Assembly (NCBI GenBank): GCA_031416315.1
Contig: JANOTL010000157.1
Span: forward strand, 1-48,192
Direction: 5' to 3'
Length of the DNA stretch: 48,192 bases
Origin: Pseudomonadota bacterium
GTDB lineage: Bacteria; Bdellovibrionota_B; Oligoflexia; Oligoflexales; CAIYRB01
A model generated the notes under the pieces. The model saw only the letters and a list, made by a program, of their open reading frames with translations, did not search any database and had not been told where the DNA came from. Below are positions 19,025 to 27,256 of this stretch, one piece after another. The first letter of the stretch is position 1, and every line of letters begins with the position of its first letter. The translations under genes and the position numbers were made by a program.

Positions 19025-19366
19025 TCAGTCCTCTTGATACGTCGGAAGCGAGTTGCCGGGATAGATCGACAAGTTCGCCTGGCGATTGTCGATGATGTGG
19101 GTCATGTGGATGGTGTCTTTGGCGTCGCGAGCGACGCATTTGAAGAAGACGCGGTATTGGCCGTCGCCGAAGGGCCAGGACTGGTCCCCGGTAGCCGGAT
19201 GTGCAGCTGGTGCTCTGGGATTGTCGGCAATGAACTGGAGGGCGTCGTCGTGTTGGCGCCAGAACGACTCGAGCGCCGGCATGCTTTCGCTTGCGCCGTA
19301 GACGAAGTCCTCGATGTCCTTGAGTGCGGACTCGTATTGGTCGGTGAAGACGATGCGAGCGGCCAT
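19025..19366 (-). CDS. Type II TA toxin, RelE/ParE superfamily
   Basis: 'I.FT......L.DI..F', 'IADNP', 'YRVFF', 'HIIDNRQ'; directly downstream of a Phd-type antitoxin. Confidence 0.7.
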   Translation of the reverse strand: MAARIVFTDQYESALKDIEDFVYGASESMPALESFWRQHDDALQFIADNPRAPAAHPATGDQSWPFGDGQYRVFFKCVARDAKDTIHMTHIIDNRQANLSIYPGNSLPTYQED

Positions 19367-19372
19367 CGTGAA

Positions 19373-19633
19373 TCACGACTTCTTGCGGAAACGCTTAGAC
19401 CTGCTGCCATCGCCGGGCTTGTACTCAAAGCCTTTCCCTTCGGCGGCTTCGGACATGCCCAGGAGCCGGCGCTGCAGCGAGATGATCTCGTTCTGCATTT
19501 CCGAGTAGGTCGCTTCGTTGAGGATGACGAAGGACTCGCCAGTGCGGCGCTGGATGCGGATGGGCTCTTTGACGGCGAGGTCTAGGTAGTCTTTGAGCTC
19601 GGCGCGGAGTTTCTTGGGGTTGGTCGTGTCCAT
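19373..19633 (-). CDS. Type II TA antitoxin, Phd/YefM family
   Basis: 'LRAELKDYLD.A..EPI.IQRR.GE.FVIL.E..Y'; GGAGG RBS before the ATG at 19633. Confidence 0.85.
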   Translation of the reverse strand: MDTTNPKKLRAELKDYLDLAVKEPIRIQRRTGESFVILNEATYSEMQNEIISLQRRLLGMSEAAEGKGFEYKPGDGSRSKRFRKKS

Positions 19634-19650
19634 AGTGCCTCCCGATCCAG

Positions 19651-19668
19651 TGTACAACAAGGTGTACA
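19651..19668. promoter_or_regulatory. Putative Phd/YefM operator (two TGTACA palindromes)
   Basis: TGTACA-ACAAGG-TGTACA, 12 bp centre to centre, just upstream of the antitoxin RBS. Confidence 0.7.
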
Positions 19669-19741
19669 CCTCGCGATCGATAGTTCGAATTAATTGAGTA
19701 ATTACCGGAAGTCGTCTCGGGGGTGCACTATTTGAAAATAG

Positions 19742-20210
19742 GTTTTCGACGGCATCGCCGGCATCACCAATGGTCGATCCGCCTTCAGTTCAATTTTCGA
19801 AACGTATCTCGGGCGGGAAGCTCGACGGGGCGCGTTGCGCTATGGCCGTTTGGAACTGAGCGATCTTTAGCGATGGTCCGGGCTTCCCGGAACGGAGCGT
19901 CACGTACAACCATCGCTATCAACTCGTCACGTGCCTGTCCGGCGAGGCGGATGAGGACTGCGCGGCGCGCGCTCAGCACGTAAGCAATGCGGATGCTCCC
20001 CGCGACGCGTTTACTGCCGAAAGTAGTTCGCCCGATGGCGGAACGACGGCGGGCCCGCGCTTGTTCCGCAACTCCAGCTGCGGCAACGGCATCGTGTTCG
20101 TCGAGCCGCAGGACGAAGTCCAGGCGGAATGGGCGCTGGCGTTTTCGCGTGGTACGAAACAGTACGCGTTCTACCGGCGTGAGGCCGCGGGTTGGGATGC
20201 GACGTACTGA
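19742..20210 (+). pseudogene. Frameshifted fragment of an unknown gene
   Basis: Start-less open frame 19860-20210 with coding-like codon use (IFSDGPGFPERSVTYNHRYQLVTCLSG...FYRREAAGWDATY*), preceded by an open stretch in a neighbouring frame. Confidence 0.4.
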
Positions 20211-20373
20211 ACGTTGGACTGAGCTCGCGGCGGCCCAGCTCGCGGATTCGGTTCGGCAATCCAATCGCCCCGCCCACCACCGCTATCCCGGCGCCTTAAC
20301 CAAATCAGGTCGTCGCGAACATCAGGGAAGACCGAACTCCTGGCGCTCAGCTACTGGAGCTGATCGAGCCCAC

Positions 20374-21381
20374 CTAGCTCGGCGGTATCAAAACGTCCCA
20401 TATCGCTCTTACGTGCGATTCGGTGTTGCTCACATAAGCGAGGCCCGTTTTCAGCTCCGGGCAAAAGAGCATCGCCGATTTCACTCCGGCGAGCCCGCCG
20501 GGATGGAAGTAGCAGAGGCGGTCTTGATGCTTTCTAACGTGCCAGCCAAAACTAATCTCTTTGCCTGATTGATCGACATATTGCTCGATGGTTTTTGTTA
20601 GCGCACTCGCCATTCCATGCGACGAAGCGCCTTCCCCTAGCAACAGAGCAACAAGCTTGATCAAGTCCGATGCGGTGGATTTTGCTCCGCCAGCCGATTC
20701 AAACGCGCCGTACTCCAAGTACGAGACCTGACTTTTGTCGGGAGTATATCCACAACGGAGTCGGTGAGCATGGGCTGTCGCTACTGTGTAAAAGGTATTG
20801 TCTAGGCCAAGCGGCTTTAAAACTTCGCTGGTGGCGAGGTCGGAAAAGCTTTCTTCGCCTACGACGCGTTTCGCGACGAGGCCAAGAATCATGTAGCCGA
20901 AATTTGAGTAAGAGAAGTTTCCGACCTTGCTTGTCGTAAGACCCGTCGTCTGCAGAGCCCGAAGCAATCTGAGCTCATCGTAGCTGGAAAACGAGTTGTT
21001 GGGTGCGATACTCACGAAATCGTCGGGCTCCCGCGGTAGTCCCGAAGTGTGAGTTAGAAGGCTGAGGAGGGAGGTCTCCCCGGTGACAGTTTCGGGGACG
21101 TATCTGGATATCGGGTCTGTCGGCGCGCACAAATTTCGTGCGAAAAATTTCGCAAAAAGAACGGCGGTAAAGACCTTCCCAAGTGAAGCGATTTCAAAAA
21201 TGTCGTTTTCAGAAATCGCCTCCTGATTTTGGAGATCAACATGACCGTAATTGTGAAACGAAATCTTGCCGTTCTCAACGCGACCGAGGCTTACGCCAAT
21301 GTGCTTGCCGGACGCGATCTCGCGCTTCATGTATGAATCTAGGATTGAAAGCGGCATCAGTCCTGACACTCCTCGATACAC
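20374..21381 (-). CDS. Serine hydrolase, beta-lactamase class C/AmpC-like family
   Basis: SxxK 'FEIASLGKVFT', 'LLTHTSGL', YxN 'FSYSNFGY..LG', 'HPGG..G'; visibly AT-richer than the flanks. Start may be the ATG about 27 nt downstream. Confidence 0.9.
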   Translation of the reverse strand: MYRGVSGLMPLSILDSYMKREIASGKHIGVSLGRVENGKISFHNYGHVDLQNQEAISENDIFEIASLGKVFTAVLFAKFFARNLCAPTDPISRYVPETVTGETSLLSLLTHTSGLPREPDDFVSIAPNNSFSSYDELRLLRALQTTGLTTSKVGNFSYSNFGYMILGLVAKRVVGEESFSDLATSEVLKPLGLDNTFYTVATAHAHRLRCGYTPDKSQVSYLEYGAFESAGGAKSTASDLIKLVALLLGEGASSHGMASALTKTIEQYVDQSGKEISFGWHVRKHQDRLCYFHPGGLAGVKSAMLFCPELKTGLAYVSNTESHVRAIWDVLIPPS

Positions 21382-21531
21382 ACCGGATAATGATCCGCTC
21401 TGTAATCCGCGCGCGAATCGCTTGCTCGATTGACGGATTTGGTTGGCCTGCCTTTGTCAGCCACGCGGTCCCATGCGGGGAATTCCAGATTGCCGCAATA
21501 TTACCAAGAGATAGGCCTGCAACTAAGGTAG

Positions 21532-21560
21532 TTGTTTCATTATACCGAATAGTGTAATAG
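21532..21560 (+). promoter_or_regulatory. Putative higBA promoter/operator
   Basis: Imperfect inverted repeat ATTATAC-N6-GTGTAAT (21539-21558) in an AT-rich stretch about 20 bp before higB. Confidence 0.5.
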
Positions 21561-21579
21561 TAGGGCTGGCGGTGACCTT

Positions 21580-21882
21580 ATGATCGTCGGCTTCGGCAAC
21601 AAAATTGCCCGCGAGATCTGGGAAACGGACTTCTCCAAGAGCCTGCCCAAGGCATTGCACGTCCGCGCGAAGGCCCTGTTGACGATCATGCATGCCACTT
21701 CGCGTCTGGACGATCTGAAGATCCTCGGGCAGCCGCCGAACGTCCGACTTCACAAGTTGCAGGGCGATCGCAAGGAAGAGTGGTCCGTGACGATGAGCAA
21801 CGAGTTCCCGTGGCGGATCACCTTCAAGTTCCGGAACGGCGAGTTCTCGGCTGTGAAGATCGAGGACTACCACAAGGGGTAA
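21580..21882 (+). CDS. higB: HigB toxin (RelE-like, plasmid-maintenance killer family)
   Basis: 'DL...PP..RLHKLQGDRK..WS......WRI.F.F.......V.I.DYH'; toxin-first gene order. Confidence 0.92.
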   Translation: MIVGFGNKIAREIWETDFSKSLPKALHVRAKALLTIMHATSRLDDLKILGQPPNVRLHKLQGDRKEEWSVTMSNEFPWRITFKFRNGEFSAVKIEDYHKG

Positions 21883-21889
21883 CGAGGCT

Positions 21890-22159
21890 ATGGGCGTCAA
21901 GAATCCAAAACCGATGCATCCGGGCAAGGTCCTCGCCGAGGTCTACATGCCCGAGATGGGGCTCAATCAGTCGCAGCTAGCGGAGAAGATCGGGTGCGCG
22001 CCGCGGAAGGTGAACGAGATCGTGAACGGGAAGCGGGGGGTGACCCCGGAGTTCGCGTTGGACCTGGAAGCGGTACTGGGGACTAGCGCGGAAATGTGGA
22101 TTGGGATGCAGGCGGCGTTTGATCTTTGGGTGGCGAGGCAGAAGCGAAGAGCGGCTTAG
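21890..22159 (+). CDS. higA: HigA antitoxin (XRE HTH)
   Basis: 'PMHPGKVL.E.Y', 'NEIVNGKRGVTPE.AL.L...LGTSAE.W..MQ..FDL'. Confidence 0.93.
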   Translation: MGVKNPKPMHPGKVLAEVYMPEMGLNQSQLAEKIGCAPRKVNEIVNGKRGVTPEFALDLEAVLGTSAEMWIGMQAAFDLWVARQKRRAA

Positions 22160-22179
22160 TTGTCTTTACCTGCCTCTAC

Positions 22180-22416
22180 GCTCGAAGGGCTGACGTCCCA
22201 GAGAGGCCATTTCACGGCCTCCGCCATTCCTTCGCATCCATGTGGATGATGGCAGGCCAATCCATGTTCGAGCTGCAGAAAGTCCTACGGCATCAGTCCA
22301 TCCAGATGACAGAGCGCTATTCTCATCTCGCTCCGGACCATCTAGCAGGCAAGACAGAGTTCCTCGCCTCACTCCGACCACGCCCGACAGCAGCAGTGAT
22401 TCAGCTCAGAAGCTGA
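22180..22416 (+). pseudogene. Tyrosine integrase, C-terminal remnant
   Basis: 'FHGLRHSFAS', 'LQKVLRHQSIQMTERYSHL' (canonical LGH reads LRH here); no N-terminal part; points at the tRNA-Met 3' end. Confidence 0.88.
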
Positions 22417-22434
22417 ACACATTACCGCGCGATT

Positions 22435-22460
22435 ACCACGGCGCAGCAATGCGCCGTGGT
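22435..22460. terminator. Perfect 11-bp hairpin between the integrase remnant and tRNA-Met
   Basis: ACCACGGCGCA-GCAA-TGCGCCGTGGT; U-tail is weak, so a terminator role is uncertain. Confidence 0.45.
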
Positions 22461-22508
22461 TCTCAAACTTCTTCTCAACGATGTCGGGAATTTGGAAACG
22501 GAGAGGAA

Positions 22509-22585
22509 TGGTGGTGAGGGCGAGACTTGAACTCGCGGCCTGTGGGTTATGAATCCACCGCTCTAACCAGCTGAGCTACCCCACC
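22509..22585 (-). tRNA. tRNA-Met(CAT), probably elongator
   Basis: Cloverleaf GGTGGGG-TA-GCTC..GAGC-G-GTGGA-TTCATAA-CCCAC-AGGCC-GCGAG-TTCAAGT-CTCGC-CCTCACC-A-CCA; G1:C72 is paired, so not the initiator. Confidence 0.93.
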
Positions 22586-22609
22586 ATAGGGAACTGCGGA
22601 AGAACCGTC

Positions 22610-22639
22610 GTTCTATTGGGTAAGAGGGTGTTTTGTCAA
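22610..22639 (-). promoter_or_regulatory. Sigma70-type promoter of tRNA-Met
   Basis: Minus strand TTGACA-N18-TAGAAC, 24 bp upstream of the tRNA. Confidence 0.6.
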
Positions 22640-22653
22640 CGGAAAGGAAAGGG

Positions 22654-23898
22654 CTATCGAGTCAGGGGTTTGACCATGGGCTGGCACTGCAGGGGAATGC
22701 CTCCGACCCAATGGAGCAGGGTGTCGCCGACTGGGGTGAAGCCGAGCTTGTCGTAGAAGGGCTTGGCGTTCTTGGACGCGTGGAGGGCCAGGTGGGCGAA
22801 ATTCTCGGCGCGAGCATGCTCCTCGGCCAGCTCGACCAAGCGCTTGCCTAGGCCTTTCCCGGCGGCCTCGGGGGCTAAGTAGAGCGCGTGGAGATAAGCG
22901 GTCTCGGGCTCACCGGAAAGGCGGCGGATGTGGCAATAGCCACGGACGACGCCGCCGATCTCGGTGACCCAGACGGCTTCCTCGCGGATCTGCCGCTCCA
23001 GGTTGGTCCGGCGCTCGTCGTCGAAAGGGCTCGCGGTCCAAGCAGCGCGTTGCGCGTCGGAATAGTCCTTCGAGGTGAAAGCGCGGATCGAGGCGTCGTG
23101 CGCGATGTGGATCGCCTGCGCGTCGTCGAGGACGGCGCGGCGAATCACGGGAAGGCGAGCGCCCTTGCCGAGAAAATCGGGGTGGCCGCCGAGGTACTGG
23201 GGGACGAGCTCGCTTTCGAACGCTTTGCCGTCCTTCGCAAAAACGCGGTAAGCCCGCGCCGCCGGGCGAGAGGAGACGACCCGCTTCAAGACGCCGTCGA
23301 CGTAGTGGACGGCGACGCCATCGTCGCAAGCGATCCCGGGTTTCGCCTCGCCCGCGGCGACCATCGCCTGAAACGTGGGCCGGCGCTCCGCCTCGCCGTC
23401 GTAGTGCACGCAGTTGCTACCGCCGAGAAAGCCGAGGCAACTCATCATCGTGAGGCGCCCCGGGATCGAGTCCGTCGGCCCTTCCTCGAACCAGCACAGA
23501 GACCCCGCGCTGATCCCGGCGAGGATGATGCCGTTCTCGTAGCATTCGCGCAGAATGCGATCGACGCCGAGCTCGCGCCACAGCTTGATCATGTTGAGCG
23601 TGTTGCCGCCGCCGACGTAGATCACGTCTTGATCGAGGAGACCCGAGCGCATCGCGTCGAAGCCGGGACGCTCGCCCTCGTCGACCATCTGCAGAATGCT
23701 GACGCTGCGTGTGAGCTTCTTCCAATGCTTTAGGAAGCGGTAACCATACTGCTGCGAGTCGTAGCTGGCCGTCGGGATGAACGTCGCCTTTGGCTTGGTC
23801 TTCCCCGTCAGCGTGTAGACGTACGCGTCGAGCAGAAGATTGTCGGGCTCCATCGAGAACCCGCCGCCTCCCATCGCCACGATTTGCTTCGCCGCCAT
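22654..23898 (-). CDS. Peptidase E (S51)-GNAT acetyltransferase fusion
   Basis: N-part 'FIPTAS.D', 'DVIYVGGGNT', 'GISAG', 'CVHY'; C-part 'LYLAPEAAGKGLGKRL', 'ASKNAKPFYDKLGF'. Confidence 0.88.
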   Translation of the reverse strand: MAAKQIVAMGGGGFSMEPDNLLLDAYVYTLTGKTKPKATFIPTASYDSQQYGYRFLKHWKKLTRSVSILQMVDEGERPGFDAMRSGLLDQDVIYVGGGNTLNMIKLWRELGVDRILRECYENGIILAGISAGSLCWFEEGPTDSIPGRLTMMSCLGFLGGSNCVHYDGEAERRPTFQAMVAAGEAKPGIACDDGVAVHYVDGVLKRVVSSRPAARAYRVFAKDGKAFESELVPQYLGGHPDFLGKGARLPVIRRAVLDDAQAIHIAHDASIRAFTSKDYSDAQRAAWTASPFDDERRTNLERQIREEAVWVTEIGGVVRGYCHIRRLSGEPETAYLHALYLAPEAAGKGLGKRLVELAEEHARAENFAHLALHASKNAKPFYDKLGFTPVGDTLLHWVGGIPLQCQPMVKPLTR

Positions 23899-23914
23899 GA
23901 TCCGGGGCCTCGCC

Positions 23915-26900
23915 TCAGCTCTTGTACTGCGGAAGAGCCACCACGGCGTGGTCCTTCACAAAGTTGCGGTTGCGCTCCAGCGCCACGGCATAGGCGACCG
24001 TGAGCTCCATGTTCGTCATCAAAGAGCAGCCGAATTTCACCGCCGCCTGCCGGATCTTGTGGCCGTTGTCCAGCTCCTGCGCCTCCAGGCTCTTCGGGAT
24101 GTTGATCACGAAGTCGACGAGCCCGCTCTTGATCGCGTGAATGGCGTCGTGCTCGGCTTCTCCGGGCCACGCGACGGGAGTCGCCGGAATGCCGTGCTTC
24201 TCGAGGAAGACCGCCGTACCCTCGGTCGCGTAGAGCTTGAGCCCGAGCTCGAGGAAATTCCGCGCGGCGTCCAGGAACTTCAGCTTCTCCGCCTCGGCGC
24301 CGGACGAGACGAGGATCGCCTTCTTCGGGCGGCGCACTTTTGCGGCTTCCATGGAGAGGAGGAGCGCCTCCTCGAAAGTCGGCGCGATGCAGCCGACCTC
24401 GCCGGTCGAAGCCATCTCGACGCCGAGTACCGGATCCGCGCCGGAAAGCCGCGTGAAGCTGAACATCGGCGACTTCACGCCGACGTACGGGAGGTCGTCC
24501 TCGTTGATCCGCAGCATCTTCGGCTCCAGGCCGATGATGACGTCCGTGGCGACGTCCGCCAAATTGAGGCCGATGACCTTCGAGACGAACGGGAAGGAGC
24601 GCGCAGCGCGTGCATTGCACTCGATCACCTTGATGTGGTTCTGCTTCGCCAAGAACTGCATGTTGAACGGCCCGTTCAAACGCAGGCCGCGCGCCATCAG
24701 GCGCGCCGCGCGGCGCACGCGGCGCACCGTCTCGACATAAAGCTTCTGCGCCGGCACGACCATGGTCGCGTCGCCGGAGTGGACGCCGGCGTTCTCGATG
24801 TGCTCGCTCACGACCATCGTCAGGATCTCGCCCTTGCGCGCGACGCCGTCGCACTCGATCTCGCGGGCGCCGAGGAAAAACTCTGAAATGACGACGGGGT
24901 GATCCTTTGAAATGTCGACCGCCGTCTCGAGATAGCCGCGCAAAGTGGAGCGATCGTGCGCGACTTTCATCGCGGCGCCGGAGAGCACGTAACTCGGGCG
25001 CACCAGGACGGGGAAGCCGACTTCCTCGATGAAGAGATCGATCTCCGTCTCGGTCGAGGCCGCGGTCCAACGCGGTTGGTCGATGCCTAGGCTATCGAGC
25101 AGGGCCGAGAACTTGCTGCGGTCCTCGGCCATGTCGACGACCGAGGGCTCGTGGCCCAAGAGCGGCACGCCGGCTTCGGCGAGCGGCAGCGCGAGCTTGT
25201 TCGGCAGCTGGCCGCCCATGCAGGTGACGACGCCCTTCGGCTTCTCCACGTCGCAGACGTCGAGGATGCGCTCGAGCGTCATCTCGTCGAAGAAAAGGCG
25301 GTCGGAGCTGTTGTAGTCGGTCGAGACCGTCTCGGGGTTGCAGTTGATGATGACGCTGCGCCAGCCGTCGGCCTGGAGCTTCCGGCTGCAGCTCACCGCG
25401 CACCAGTCGAACTCGACGCTCGTGCCGATCCGGTAGGAGCCGGACCCGAGTACGATCGCGGAGGCTTTTTTGCCGTCCTCCGGCAAGGGGTCGCTGAACA
25501 TGCCGCCGTAGGACATGTAGAGATAGTTGCTGGGCGACGGGTATTCGCCGGCGGTGGTGTCGATCTTCTTCACGACGGGGACGACGCCGAGCGCTTTCCG
25601 CATCGCGCGCAACACGTGCGAAGCCTTTTGCACGCGCTTCTCGGAGAGCTTGCCGACGTCCTTGCCGTCGCGGCCGTCGAGCGCGCGGAGGGCGAGGGCC
25701 GCGATCTGCTCGTCGCCGAAGCCCGTGGTCTTCCAGCGGCGCCAAGTCGTCGCATCGAGCATGCCGAAGACCTGGTGCAGGAAGCGCGAATCGTCCTGGC
25801 CGCCGCGGTGCTCGCGCGCCATGGATTCGATCGTCTTTTCAAGCGTCGTGATCTCGCGCACTTTCGCGAGGAACCATTTGTCGATGCGGGTGAGCTGGTG
25901 GATCTTGTCGATGTCCCAATCGCGGCGGAGAGCCTCGATTACCGCGTAGAGGCGCGTGTCGGTGGGCTCGCTCAACGCCTCGGAGAGCGTCGCCTCGTCC
26001 TTGAAGCCGCCGCGGAAGTACGAGATCCCCTGGCCGATCTCGGTCACCATCCGCACCGATTTCTGCAGCGCCTCGGGGAAGTTTCGGCCGATGGCCATGA
26101 CCTCGCCGACGGATTTCATCGTCGAGCCGAGCTGGCGCGAGGCGCCGCGAAACTTCGCCAGGTCCCAACGCGGCACTTTGATGGTGATGTAGTCGAGCGC
26201 GGGCTCGAAGTAGGCGTAGGTGATGCCAGTGACCGGGTTTTTTAGCTCGAGGAGGTCATAGCCCAAGACGACCTTCGCGGCGACGTAGGCGATCGGGTAG
26301 CCGGAGGCCTTGCTCGCCAGCGCGGAAGAGCGCGATAGCCGCGCGTTGACCTCGATGACGAAGAACGAATGGCTCTGCGGATCCAACGCGTACTGCACAT
26401 TGCACTCGCCGATGATGCCGCAGGCGCCGACGATCTTCTGCGCCGCGTTGCGCAGGATCTGGTACTCGTCGTCGGAGAGCGTCTGGCTCGGGCACACGAC
26501 GATGGAGTCGCCGGTGTGGATGCCGAGCGGGTCGAAGTTCTCCATGTTGCAGATGGTGATGATGTTGCCTTCGCCGTCGCGCATCACCTCGTATTCGACC
26601 TCTTTCCAGCCTTTGAGGCTCTTCTCGACCAGCACCTGGGGCGAGGAGGTCAAGGCCGAGGAGACCAGGGCCTCGAGCTCGCCGTCGGTCTTGGCAAAGC
26701 CGGAGCCCAAGCCGCCGAGCGCGTAGGCGGCGCGGACGATCACGGGGTAGCCAATGTCTTCTGCGGCCTTGATCGCCTGGCCGAGCGTCGTGCAGGCATG
26801 GCTCGCCGGCACCGGCATATCGATCTCGCGCATCTTTTGCGCGAAGAGGTCGCGGTCCTCGGTCATGCGCAAGGTCTCGACCGGCGTGCCGAGGTTGAGC

Positions 26901-27256
26901 ACGCCGTGCTTCTTCAGAATTCCCGCGGCGTCGAGCGCCATGAGGCAGTTGAGCGCGGTCTGCCCGCCGAAGCCGGCGACGATGGCGTCGGGACGCTCTT
27001 TCGCGATCACCTTCTCCACCCAGTCGACTTCGACCGGATAGAGGTAGATCTTCGTGCGCTCGGCCGGGTTCGTCTGCACCGTCGCGATGTTCGGGTTGAC
27101 GATCACGACCTCGCAGCCTTCTTCGACCAGGGCCTTCACCGCCTGCGTGCCGGAGTAGTCGAACTCGCCGGCTTGGCCGATGGAAAGGCCGCCGGAGCCC
27201 AGGAGGAGGACCTTCGGCGCCCGGCCGAGTTGCTTCAGTTTCGCGAGAATCGGCAT
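23915..27256 (-). CDS. carB: Carbamoyl-phosphate synthase large subunit
   Basis: Two ATP-grasp halves ('GQAGEFDYSG', 'GIHTGDSIVV', 'NCNPETVSTDY', 'RPSYVLSG', 'GVHSGDA') plus an MGS domain; start at MPILAKL. Confidence 0.98.
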   Translation of the reverse strand: MPILAKLKQLGRAPKVLLLGSGGLSIGQAGEFDYSGTQAVKALVEEGCEVVIVNPNIATVQTNPAERTKIYLYPVEVDWVEKVIAKERPDAIVAGFGGQTALNCLMALDAAGILKKHGVLNLGTPVETLRMTEDRDLFAQKMREIDMPVPASHACTTLGQAIKAAEDIGYPVIVRAAYALGGLGSGFAKTDGELEALVSSALTSSPQVLVEKSLKGWKEVEYEVMRDGEGNIITICNMENFDPLGIHTGDSIVVCPSQTLSDDEYQILRNAAQKIVGACGIIGECNVQYALDPQSHSFFVIEVNARLSRSSALASKASGYPIAYVAAKVVLGYDLLELKNPVTGITYAYFEPALDYITIKVPRWDLAKFRGASRQLGSTMKSVGEVMAIGRNFPEALQKSVRMVTEIGQGISYFRGGFKDEATLSEALSEPTDTRLYAVIEALRRDWDIDKIHQLTRIDKWFLAKVREITTLEKTIESMAREHRGGQDDSRFLHQVFGMLDATTWRRWKTTGFGDEQIAALALRALDGRDGKDVGKLSEKRVQKASHVLRAMRKALGVVPVVKKIDTTAGEYPSPSNYLYMSYGGMFSDPLPEDGKKASAIVLGSGSYRIGTSVEFDWCAVSCSRKLQADGWRSVIINCNPETVSTDYNSSDRLFFDEMTLERILDVCDVEKPKGVVTCMGGQLPNKLALPLAEAGVPLLGHEPSVVDMAEDRSKFSALLDSLGIDQPRWTAASTETEIDLFIEEVGFPVLVRPSYVLSGAAMKVAHDRSTLRGYLETAVDISKDHPVVISEFFLGAREIECDGVARKGEILTMVVSEHIENAGVHSGDATMVVPAQKLYVETVRRVRRAARLMARGLRLNGPFNMQFLAKQNHIKVIECNARAARSFPFVSKVIGLNLADVATDVIIGLEPKMLRINEDDLPYVGVKSPMFSFTRLSGADPVLGVEMASTGEVGCIAPTFEEALLLSMEAAKVRRPKKAILVSSGAEAEKLKFLDAARNFLELGLKLYATEGTAVFLEKHGIPATPVAWPGEAEHDAIHAIKSGLVDFVINIPKSLEAQELDNGHKIRQAAVKFGCSLMTNMELTVAYAVALERNRNFVKDHAVVALPQYKS

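Noticed and set aside
16549..19633. Integron cassette array (GNAT, DinB and TA genes are cassette-like)
   Set aside because: Intergenic gaps are too short for attC sites, orientations are mixed, and there is no intI.
20347..22416. Similar palindromes TCAGCT-N5-AGCTGA (20347) and TCAGCT-N4-AGCTGA (22401) as element ends
   Set aside because: Only 6-bp arms, different spacers, and no target duplication.
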